From contig NC_043000.1 of the NCBI RefSeq assembly GCF_006345805.1, forward strand, positions 125,798,001 to 125,862,000: 64,000 bases of DNA, given 5' to 3'. The notes below the pieces were generated by a model, which saw only the letters and a program-made list of their open reading frames with translations, did not search any database and was not told the origin of the DNA. This document shows positions 41,349 to 52,494 of the stretch, piece after piece. Origin of the DNA: Octopus sinensis (taxonomy: Eukaryota). The position numbers and the translations under genes were made by a program. Every line of letters begins with the position of its first letter. Within the stretch, counting starts at the first letter, position 1.

Positions 41349-42895
41349 AAGGCGGTGAGCTGGCAGAATCATTAGCACCCCAGGCAAAATGCTTAGTGGC
41401 ATGTCCATCATCTCTAAGTTCTGAGTTCAAATTCTTCCATGGTTAACTTTGCCTTTTATCCTTTCATGTTCAATAAAACAAGTGTCAGTTGAACACTAGG
41501 TTTGATATAATCAAATTACATCCTCCCTTGAAATTGCTGGCCTTGTGCCAACATCTGAAACCAATATATGTTCCAAACACTAAGTTAATAAGGAAAAAGT
41601 TATTTTACTAAATTCTTAATCATTTTCAAAATTACTTGAAATGTAGGCATTATATTTCAAGAGAATTACTGTAACAAAAGAATTAAATGTATTATGATGT
41701 TGAGACCTTAGGCATCATTGTTAATTATTTGGTTGTATAACTCCATTTTATTTAATTGCTAGTGTCGATAAGAGAGACATGGAATTCAAAAGTCTGTGAA
41801 TTTAGAATCATTAACACATTGGACAAAATATTTTGTAGCATTTCTTCTTGTTTTTGTACATCCCGACTTCAGATTTTGCCTCCCATCCTTTTGGGGTTAA
41901 GAAAACAAGCTACTTGTCAAGTACTGGGGTCAGTAGAATTATCCAACTCCCTCCCCACAATTCTTTTCGTTTTTTTTTTTTTTTTGTTTTCTTTTGTTTT
42001 AATTTTTGGATTTTAGTTAACCATTTTAGAGTATCTCATTGTCTCCTAGAGATTAAATCCTACAATCAGATCATCCCTTCACAGAAGTTGTGATTGGCAT
42101 CCAGTCCTAAATTACATTGTGATTGTCTCAAGAACTAGAATGAAAATTAGAATTTAGGTCAGATTATATTGAATTACATCTAGAGTTCAAACTCTATTAC
42201 AATCAACTTTCTCTTTCGGCTAACTTATGTCAATAAAATTACAAGTTCAGGGATTGATTAAATCAGCTTCATTCCTCCCTCAAATTCACATTATGTACCA
42301 ATTTTTTTATTATTAATAAAAGTTGATTAAATAAAGTAGCAGTTAAATACTGGGTTGATATAATTGATAACTTTCTCCTAAAATTGCTGTCTTTATGCCA
42401 AAAATATTATTAAAAGGGTGGCAAGCTGACAGAATCATTAGCATGCTAGGCAGAATGCTTAACAGCATTTCACCTGTCTTCATGTTCTGAGTTCAAATTC
42501 CACCGAGGTTGACTTTGCCTTTCATCCTTTCAGGGTTAATAAAATAAGTACCAATTGAGTACTGTGATCAATGCAATCTACTTAACCCCTCCTCCAAAAT
42601 TGCTGGCCCTGTACCAAACTTTGAAATTATTATTATTATTGCTACTACTACTACTACTACTACTACTACTATGGCAGTGAACTGGCAGAATCATTAGGAG
42701 ACTGGACAAAATTCTTGTTGGCATTTTGTTCATCCTTATGTTCTGAGTTCAAACTCTGCTGGGGTTATCTCTGCCTTTCATCCTTTTGGGGTCCATGAAA
42801 TAAGTACCAGTTGAATACTGGGGGCCGATGTAATCAACTTGCCTCTTTCCCTAAATTTCAGGCCTTGAGCCTTTAGTGGAAAGGATTATCATTAT
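41349..42895 (+). mobile_element. Cluster of five same-orientation tRNA-derived SINEs, family D (about 41349-41565, 41765-41965, 42170-42310, 42415-42625, 42672-42895)
   Basis: Head aaggcggtgagctggcagaatc, B-box-like tctgagttcaaattc, central block actttgcctttcatcctt..ggggtc.ataaa.taagtaccagtt. Further copies lie at about 2733-2946, 3169-3380, 14650-14810, 20790-20980, 20995-21200, 21790-21985, 31715-31830 and 56472-56695. Confidence 0.85.
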
Positions 42896-42929
42896 TGTTG
42901 TTGTTGTTGTTGTTAAATAGTGTCATAAT

Positions 42930-42958
42930 TACTAACAATTTATTTTGTTTCGTTTCAG
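42930..42958 (+). promoter_or_regulatory. Branch point (TACTAAC), polypyrimidine tract and 3' splice site
   Basis: TACTAAC at 42930-42936, then aatttattttgtttcgtttcAG directly before the exon. Confidence 0.75.
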
Positions 42959-43071
42959 GTGAAGGGTGAAAAGGTCAGTAAGCTAAGTTTAGTCGATTTA
43001 GCTGGAAGTGAACGAGCTCAAAAAACCGGTGCTGTTGGTGAACGCTTAAAAGAAGGTAGCAACATCAACAA
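42959..43071 (+). CDS. KIF13: Internal coding exon of a kinesin-3 (KIF13A/B-like) motor domain: switch II and loop 11
   Basis: The 113-nt exon lies between tttcAG (42957-58) and GTaagt (43072). It translates as [37 protein letters not shown] plus 'aa' (phase 2). DLAGSE is the kinesin switch II motif, and [22 protein letters not shown] is the KIF13 form. Confidence 0.96.
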
Positions 43072-45153
43072 GTAAGTAAAACTGGAAAGATTCGCCTATT
43101 TTAGCATGTGATTAATTAACGAGGTCCATGAAAAATATCTTTCAAGCTTCTCAAGGCTTAATTTGAATTGAATTTAGATTGAAGATGTGGAAATAGATAT
43201 CTTGCTTCTAGTTTATTGCTGTGAAATAGCTGTTGGGATTGAACCTAAAAATACCACGTAGGTGCTGATTGAAGATTCTAAAGAATAATTGATATTGTTG
43301 TTATGTCAAAATTTACTTGATTAATCTTCTTATCTGAAATTTATTCTCTTTTCTATAAATCCTTATTTATATTCTGTTCATATTTTCCTATTCTATGTTT
43401 TCTCTTCTTCTGCTAAACTTTCCTCTTAGCAATTTGCTTAATTAATTTGTTCAGTCACATGACTACGCTTTTTACGTGTACAAACGGCTTGGCTATTAAT
43501 GAATATTTTTCTCTGTTTCTATATATTATTGTTATATCTTATTGAAAATTAGTTGAAAATTGACTTTTATATCACTCTTGAAAGTTCATATGAACTAAAA
43601 GCAAGCAGCTCGTTTCACTTTTCTTAAAGGATTTCTAGCATCTTTTTTTGTTATATAGATTCTACTTCAAATATTCAGATTTAGCTCCAGTCGATTTCTC
43701 TTACACACCTACGTTATTAAGTATGTTGTATAAAAAGGTCTTACTAGTGATAACATGCAATCAAACATCTAACAGATATATTTACAGAGACATGAAACAC
43801 AATCTGTTGAAAGTAGTGGCTTTGTTTTCCTCAGAATATCAACTTGGCATTTAACACTTAATTAATGTTATTCAGTTATATTGGCCCTGGGGCCAGGGAG
43901 GTTGGGTGTTTTACTAATGGTTAAAATAGAAATAAATTACAAGACCTAGCTCTGATGTTCAGTCAAGCATAGGAAGTACGCAATAATGATAATAATCATG
44001 GTAATGATAGTTATTACAGCTGTAAAGTGTTAATGTATCTCGGAGCTAAAGTCTTCCCTCGGATTCAATATTCCCCACTCTCACACATTTTTTTTAAGCA
44101 AGCATTAAAATATTATCAGTGAGTCGTATCTTTTCAATCTTGAAGTGTAAGAATTATGGACTCATATATTCTATGACTGTTCAAAACTAATAACACATTA
44201 AAGACAGAAATGTGGGGGAAAAAAAAAGTAAATTCTTAAATGATTTATCTTCAAGAAATTTCATAAAAAAAAAAGTAATAATAAATGAATAAAATGAACT
44301 TTTGTTCTAAAGTTCAGAAGAAAAATCAGTGTTAAAAAAAAATGACTTTACATTGTTTTAGTTATTCTGATAAAGTATACATCTTGATAGACTTTTTGAA
44401 GCACTGAAGAATCATAAATTTAAATTGAAAACAATATAAAACACACGCTTTCTTCCTTACAAGGAATTCAGAAAATAAAAAACGAGAATATTTATGGAAA
44501 TATTCTAAAGATATAAAGTTAAATGCAAAATACAAGAAACGTAATGTATGCCTAACACAATAGATATTTCTGAAGATTACAATATTTATAAAATAAAACT
44601 TTAAAATAAAATGCAACAGAGAAAGTACAATAACTCAAGACCATTGAAGGATTAATAAAAAAGGAAAGTGCCAACTCATTCTAATTACTTTATTGTTATA
44701 AATTCCATTTCTCATTCTAACCTTTTCTCCCTTTTTCTTTTTTGGGGGTTTTTGGGAGGTTTTTTGCACATTTCATTACACTAGCTATACTACTTTATTT
44801 TAGACATGCATCCTTTTATATTTTTTTTTCTTCTTATTGTATCAATTACTTTAAGGTAATTGTGCTGCAGGGTGAATTATTCTATGCATAGGTTTGGGGA
44901 GGTTTTTCCAAAACCTCCCACCCCTTCCTCCTTAGCGGTTTCCTGAAAGGGTATCCATCCATGTCACTCACACTTTTATATCAAATATTGTCTTGTATTG
45001 CTTTGCTGCACAACTAGTCAGCTTTATCTCAAACTATTTTTTTTAAGGCAAACCTACTGGAACAATAGTTGCATTACAAATTCATGTAATCATTTTACTT
45101 CAGGTCAGCGTTGATTGAACATACCTTTGATCAAAGATATTCTAGTCATGACC

Positions 45154-45533
45154 ATAGGCGCAGGAGAGACTGTGTGGTAAGTAGCTTGCTTACCAACCAC
45201 ATGGTTCCAGGTTCAGTCTCACTGCATGGCACCTTGGGCAAGTGTTTTCTACAATAGCCTCAGGCCAACCAAAGCCTTGGGAATGGATTTGGTAGTCAGA
45301 AACTGAAAGAAGTCCATCGTATATATATATATGTGTGTGTGTGTGTCTGTTTGTCTTCCCACATCGCTTGACAACCAATGCTGGTGTGTTTACATCTCCA
45401 TAACTTAGAAGTTCAGCAAAAGAGACTGATAGAATAAGTACTAGGCTTCCAAAGAATAAGTCCTAGGGTTGATTTGTTTGACTAAAGGCAGTGCTCCAGC
45501 ATGGCCACAGTCAAATGGCTAAAACAAGTAAAA
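45154..45533 (+). mobile_element. SINE family A copy, followed by a related variant at about 45612-46020
   Basis: All family A blocks are present. The downstream copy shares the head but has the alternative 3' half also seen at 9541-9925. Confidence 0.88.
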
Positions 45534-48203
45534 GGTTTTTATTTTATTCAGGAATAGTGTATCTGGAATTACATTTACAAATGTATCCTTTCTGTATTTT
45601 TTTAAAGCAACATAGGCACAGCAGTGTGGTTAAGAAGTTAGCTTCCCAACCATGCAGTTTCAGGTTCAGTCCCACTGTGAACATTGTTGAATTAGTGTCT
45701 TTGTTATAGCTCCAGGCTGACCAAAGCCTTGTGAGTGAATTTGATTGATGGAAACTAAAAGAAGTTTGTTGTGTGTGTGTATGTGTGTTTATTTATACCT
45801 CTTCATCCTGACATCATGTGATAGTTGTAAATGACTATCACTGTCATACAAGTGATGTATTTTATTTCCAATCTTCAATGAAGACATGTCTGGGCTAAGG
45901 GAAGTATTTGTTTGGACACAAAGGGCATCCAGCTACAGAAATTTTGTTTCGATGAACTCTGCCCAATTCATGCAAGGATAGCAACACAGGCATTAAAACG
46001 GCGACAATGATTATGATGAGGTGCTATTTGAGGCATAGAGACTTACTTGCTGGATCATAAATTCCAGTTGCTTAAAGTCATGATGTATAAACTGGTTTAG
46101 TTAAGGTCAGTTTAATTGTTTAGCTATGTTTTTCCATGCATTGTGTAAATAAATCCAAACATAACATATAAAGGTTGTTGAAATAAGTAATCTCAGATGA
46201 AATTGAAGATGTATTTTTTAACCACATGATATTCTAGATATCAAAGGCTCTCATATGTCTATGGTTACTTTGTTAAATTATCATTAATCATCGATATACT
46301 ACTGTTTTCCAGTGTCCAAGAGGGAGAGAGAGCTCTCAGTTCTGTTTATGGTTTTTACCCTCCTGCCTAATACTAATATGTAGAATACCGTTATACAACA
46401 GAGAGCTGCTTTATTTTTTGGTGGTGGTGGTGGTGATGATGATGTTATTGATTATGTGCTGGTTTATGTCTTTATAGATCTTTCAGTTTTCTATGTCTAA
46501 TATATTTCTATTGGAAATATGTATATAAAATATTCATAACTATATATCCTGGACTTGTTATCCATAGATCTCATGTTTTTGATGCTTACTCTCCCCCCAT
46601 CTCCATACTCTCTTCTCACTCATACATATATATGTTTGTGTGTTACATATATATATATGTATATGTATAAACATAGATACATAGATAGAAATTTATTGTA
46701 CACTACCTCCAAATTGTTGTGTGCTAGTGTGTATATATATACACACCTATACACCAGTTTTGAAACTGTGCAAGATGAGCTTCAAAGCACTGCTCAGATG
46801 CTGATATCACACTTTCCCTGATATCTTTTAATCTTTTCTAAATACATATCTTTGTTTAAAATGTAATAAGCTTGAGGAAACATATTTTTGCAATGTCCTC
46901 TCTGTTCGCTGTTCAATATCTTGACATTCATACATTCTGCATCTACGTACAATATAAGTTGCTTCTGAATGGAACAAGCCACTTGTAAATCTTATTACTT
47001 GTAACAATAGGCAGTTATGCAGAACTGAAAAATAACTCCTTACATTTACTATTTCGCTTCTTTCTCTACAGCACTTTGCTTCTCTGCAACGCTCATCAGA
47101 GTGACTTTTTTTCTTTATCTTTTTAGTAAGATTTCAATGTTCCATTTGTAGTTATGACAGTTGGTCATCTCTTTAAAATACAGAACATGCATATCACAAT
47201 GCAGCAGATGAGGAAATGAAATACTTCCTCCATGTTCATTCTGTTTTCATTCAGTGGAATTGTAGGTTAGGTTATCTTTTAAAACAGGCTAGCTCTCCAT
47301 ACACCGCTTCTTCTTCTTCCTACATTGGCTCCTTTTTCTTCTTTTTTTTTTCTTTTCATAAAAGCTGATAACAAAAGAATATATATCGATGCTTTAGTTT
47401 AGCTGAGTTCTGATATGGTTGTTACTGGAAATATTAAATTACTGACTGGAAACTGAAGATGCTTCTTTGGTTTCCCTTTTATTGTTTCTGTCTAATGTAA
47501 TTCAGCCTTTTCTAATATGGTTTTCCTATCTATAGGGCTTCATCTTGAAAATACTTTGCTATCCTCTAATGGAGAACATTTTTCAATAAAATATGATCAA
47601 ATTTCAACTAAAACTGAATTAAACAGAGAATTTGATCATATTTCCTTTTCAAATTGTATACAGCTCTAATTTCAACTTCAGTATGAAGTAAAATTTGTTT
47701 TATAGCTTTACCTTACATGTTTTTTCACCTTTTTATTTATCAATGTGTCTGTTTGCTAACTTTCTTGGGAAATGCTAAATTCTTGTTAAAAACTTTTGAA
47801 TTTTTAGTACATTTAGTACATAATCAGCTTCCTCGGTGTTCTTTTATTTTAGATTATACTTAATATTTGCTGAGACAGTAGTTAAATCTCTAATTTCTCA
47901 AGACTTCAAGTTACTTGTATTCATTGCTACAACAATTTTAACACATATCTCAAGCTTGCATTTAGCAAGAAGATGCTGTTTCTAATAATAGATAGCAAAC
48001 AGTGAAGACAGAGAGTTCCTTACAATGCAAACTGTAATAACCTTTATATTTTATATACCTTTAATAACCTTTATATTTCAAGTACAAAAGCCCATCATCA
48101 GGAGTAAAATGTCATGCAGGCTACAACATTTCTCTTCTAATAATAGATATTTTGTTTACCCTAGTTATTTTACATGGCTTCCATAAGGTTTCATCAGATC
48201 TTT

Positions 48204-48207
<4 letters not shown>

Positions 48208-48250
<43 letters not shown>
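48208..48250. repeat. (TA)n microsatellite; other TA/TG tracts at about 5846-5905, 22485-22696, 26695-26862, 48659-48710, 50608-50705 and 59760-59850
   Basis: Direct reading. Confidence 0.95.
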
Positions 48251-48254
<4 letters not shown>

Positions 48255-48422
48255 TTAGGGAATAAATCCAAATTTACAGGGAAAAAATCAGATTTAGGAT
48301 TAAATCCAATTTTATAGTAAAATATTATAAAATATTATTAGAGACAAAACCACTATTTTGCAAAACAAACAAGGAAAGACTTAATCAATACATAAAATTT
48401 TAATAAATAGTCAAAAAAACCG

Positions 48423-48465
48423 CCACTACAATTGTTTCTTGTCTTGAACGACAATCTTCAGGTGG
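48423..48465 (-). ncRNA. Identical minimal hammerhead ribozyme motif on the minus strand (left palindrome arm)
   Basis: Exact reverse complement of 48522-48564. Confidence 0.8.
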
Positions 48466-48521
48466 ACTTCCAATCTAAAATATAAGTCAGTTGAAACTGA
48501 CTTATATTTTAGATTGGAAGT

Positions 48522-48564
48522 CCACCTGAAGATTGTCGTTCAAGACAAGAAACAATTGTAGTGG
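48522..48564 (+). ncRNA. Minimal type I hammerhead ribozyme motif (sense to the host pre-mRNA)
   Basis: Stem I CCAC, CUGAAGA core, stem II UUGUC-guucaa-GACAA, GAAA, stem III C-AAUU-G with palindromic loop, UA (GUA cleavage triplet, cut after 48560), stem I' GUGG. Confidence 0.8.
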
Positions 48565-48651
48565 CGGTTTTTTTGACTATTTATTAAAATTTTATGTATT
48601 GATTAAGTCTTTCCTTGTTTGTTTTGCAAAATAGTGGTTTTGTCTCTAATA

Positions 48652-48691
<40 letters not shown>

Positions 48692-50620
48692 CATACATAT
48701 ATACATACACACCACTGCTTTCTATATGTCAATATGTTATAATGGGCATTCTTTAATTCCTTACCTCTATTCAACCAGAAATATCTGATTTTATAAATCA
48801 AAATCTTTAATTCATGTCACAGATTCCAAAATAGCAAAGTAAATTTTGTATTCATTGACAAAAGAACTTTTTATTAATCCCATAGCACAGCCCTCTTTGA
48901 TTTAAATTTTAAATGTTCCTTTCCTCAACTTTCTCGCATCTAATGCTTTTTTTAATCCCCTATAATCTGTAATTTTATAGAAGTTTCTTAATAAAACTCT
49001 GACATTTTCACACATGTGTGCATTGATCCTTCAAACTAGTTCAATAAAACTTATCTTGTGCAAGTAAGCAAAAATTCATGTTACATTTATACAGGGAAAA
49101 TTATATTGCATAAATTTACGATATAAAAAATAAAACATAACTTGTCAACAACTAAATAAATATGCATGTCTGAATATAAATACATACATATTTCTTGAAG
49201 TACAGTAATGATCTACTTGTTTACAAAATGAATGTTCATAACTAGATGGTGCCACTTAACTGCAATTTATTGAAGACCATTCCTTTTAATAGTGATGTCT
49301 TAGCTGCCACTTAACCTAGTCTCTTTCACATTTTTAACTTTCAGTTTCTTTAAACTGATTGTATGAATCATTTTTATATTTACCACTACCAATTATATTT
49401 CCTACCGTCCATAGTGTTTTTTTCTTTTGTGTGTGTGTGTTGTTTTTTTTTTTTTTGGGGGGGGGGGGTCCTAATTTTTCAAAACTGTACTCAGAATTCT
49501 GTCATGATAGAAATGAAATTTGATTGCCTTCTCAAAAATGTCATCTCAGTAATGATTGACCAAACCAATCTTTAAGCAAGAAGACTTTTTTTGTCAAAAA
49601 TTCTTATTTTCTAAGAATTTTTTTTCTTTTTAATCATCAGCCAGTTGATGGTAGAGTCTTCTTCAAAGCCAAGCACCCTGCCTGATTTTGATAGCCATTT
49701 AGAATCACTTAAATTGCTCATACTCTTTGGAAATATATTGATATCATGGCTTTCACTATAAATTGAGGCATTGTGCTTTTATGAGGCTTCTTCTTATTAT
49801 TATTATTATTACTATTATAATTATCTTGTCATGTTTACATACTCTGCTGGAGCTATTCTCTAACTCTACAGTACAGTAGATTTGTGGCTATAAGCTTTAC
49901 ATATATATATATATATAAATTGATAATATTTTTTTTAACAGAATATGGATACTTTCTCAGAATGTTATCTTTTGAATTTCCCATAAGAAATATTTATCTG
50001 ACAGTTATTCGATTTTTCTGCTTTATATCATGCTTTGCGCTTCCTAAAGCTCTTATAATTACCGGGTTTATTCTTGTGTCCATATCCCTGTTCTCTTTGA
50101 TATTTCTGTTTCCAACTGTTTGGATAGTTTTTCAGCTTCCTTTACTGTAATGTTATTGTCTTTCAGGCAAGCCACATCGATAAGTATTCAATACCTTGGT
50201 GTCTTAGTTTTCTTTTTTTATTTCTAATTTTATTAAGAAAGCAGTTTGCTCTTATCATTTCATCTGTAAGTATTTGCATATCCCTGAAAATCACACCACT
50301 TGAATTCTCCATAACTTTATTGGAGACAGGCTTATGTCATTTTTTTTTCCTGCCTGGACCTTCATTTTTCTTATGTATTTTCTGTCTTGTGGAGGCTGGT
50401 TGCTATCCTGCTATGTTGCCTCATGTATGGGAAGTAGCCCATGTGAGACTACTTACTAGGATGTGGCTGATGGTCTAACCAAACTGATCATGCATGTAGT
50501 ACTCAGTTTAATATTTTGCTTCAACATATATATATATATATATCATCATCATCATCGTTTAACATCTGCTTTCCATGCTAGCATGGGTTGGACGATTTGA
50601 CTGAGGTATATATATAAATA

Positions 50621-50651
<31 letters not shown>

Positions 50652-50666
50652 GTGTGTATATATATA

Positions 50667-50705
<39 letters not shown>

Positions 50706-50707
<2 letters not shown>

Positions 50708-51078
50708 CAGTTAGTAACTAGGTGGGAGACGCTTCAAAAAAGCCATTATCTCTTAAAAAAACAAATATCAAGCTTTCACTTTCCCCTTTCATATATATAA
50801 CTCTGGTCTTTTATTTTCAAATGGAATTACTTAGTGGGGTCATTTCACAAAGTGACTAGGAAAGTATTAATTCCAATTCTTTGTACATTTTATTGATTGA
50901 GTTGTGTCCTTCTTTAATTCCCTTCTCTCCTTGCTTTATTGTTATATCTGTATTCTCTGAAGTGTGTGTATGTATGTATGTGTGTGCGTATATGTGTGTA
51001 TATATGTGTGTGTGTATATATGTTGTGTGTGTGTATATATATATGTATATATGTGTGTATATATATATATGTGTGGTG

Positions 51079-51142
<64 letters not shown>

Positions 51143-51504
51143 CAGTTAGTAACTAGGTGGGAGACGCTTCAAAAAAGCCATTATCTCTTAAAAAAACAAA
51201 TATCAAGCTTTCACTTTCCCCTTTCATATATATAACTCTGGTCTTTTATTTTCAAATGGAATTACTTAGTGGGGTCATTTCACAAAGTGACTAGGAAAGT
51301 ATTAATTCCAATTCTTTGTACATTTTATTGATTGAGTTGTGTCCTTCTTTAATTCCCTTCTCTCCTTGCTTTATTGTTATATCTGTATTCTCTGAAGTGT
51401 GTGTATGTATGTATGTGTGTGCGTATATGTGTGTATATATGTGTGTGTGTATATATGTTGTGTGTGTGTATATATATATGTATATATGTGTGTATATATA
51501 TATA

Positions 51505-51535
<31 letters not shown>

Positions 51536-51575
51536 GTGTGTGTATATATATATATGTGTGTGTATATGTATGTGT
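50706..51575 (+). repeat. Direct tandem duplication, period 435 bp
   Basis: ttcagttagtaactaggtgggagacgc... starts at both 50706 and 51141. The ~255-bp unique parts appear identical, and the ORF track repeats the same peptides 435 nt apart (50881/51316). Confidence 0.93.
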
Positions 51576-52494
51576 GTGTATATGTATGTGTGTGTGTGTA
51601 TATATGTGTGTGTGTTTATGTATTTTAAAAGGTTGTGTAGTTAGTGCAACTGTTTCAACTAAATAGTGAATATAAATTTGGAATTTTGCAACTGTTTTTG
51701 TGTGTTGTGTTTCCCTGGAGGTAAATTTTCGTCTGACTTTAGAAGCTTAATAAACCATTTTTAGACCCACAACACCCCTGACTCTTTTCTGTCTAGCAAT
51801 ATAAAAAACATTTAGGTAATGTCAGCAGAATTTTTATTAGTTTTTTTTTCTTTTCTTGAGGAACAGACTATGCTCTTAGGTTTTTCTGGCCCTCCAAGAC
51901 CAATAAGACTGCATTTACGATTCCTCCTGAATAAATGCTGATAAAATATGAGCAAGGAGTGAATTCCAAGGTGCTGATGTCCTAGAGAGAAAGGACCAAT
52001 TATGATGGTTAGTGCATCACCTGGCAGGGGATACACAATGTGAGTTATGAAAGAAGAAATGATGAATAAGATGGGATGTTCTGAGTATACATGACACAAT
52101 CCAACTCAGAGGAGCAAACGCCACTGTAGTAGCAGTAAAAAAAAAGAAATAGAGAGAGAAAACAAAGCACATCTGTGGACCAAAATTTGCTGTGTGTGGG
52201 TGAATGACTTCATACCAGTCAGTCATGTGGTCTTTTTGTGTGTGTGTGTATATCAGCAGCATACTCTATTGCAGAGTTCCCCGAAATTTTGTAGAATGTT
52301 TTAGTTGAGAGGGGTTTTCTTTTGTGTCTAATTTGCTGTGTTGGTGGTGGTAGATTGTCATAAATTATAGTGTAACTTGTTTGGCTGGCGGTGCTCCAGA
52401 AAGTGGTAGATCTGCCAGTAGTGGATATTTTGGCTTTGTTTGTATTTTCCAGTAGTGGGGGTCAAGTGAGGAAAATCAGCAAAACAAAATGGTC

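Larger units (their letters stand above)
48251..48661. mobile_element. Penelope-like / retrozyme-like insertion forming a long inverted repeat, inside a (TA)n tract
   Basis: Arms 48326-48492 and 48495-48661 are exact reverse complements (167 bp, 2-nt loop). About 75 extra bp lie on the left, and (TA)n flanks both sides. The arms contain a hammerhead motif. Inverted pseudo-LTRs with minimal hammerheads are established features of Penelope-like elements; the family assignment is inference. Confidence 0.7.

Noticed and set aside
43116-43715. TIR-like acgaggtccatgaaaa and peptide YSDLAPVDF resembling mariner YSPDLAPSDF
   Set aside because: Two short motifs with no other transposase similarity or matching TIR; insufficient to call.
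47045-47105. Minus-strand CTGATGA-gc...gc-GAAA as a hammerhead
   Set aside because: The core boxes are present, but no stem III, UH triplet or stem I can be formed downstream.
47589-47643. 15-bp inverted repeat (aaatatgatcaaatt) with a short spacer; similar small hairpins at 26499-26519 and 44898-44918
   Set aside because: Short AT-rich stems are expected by chance or as MITE debris; no supporting context.
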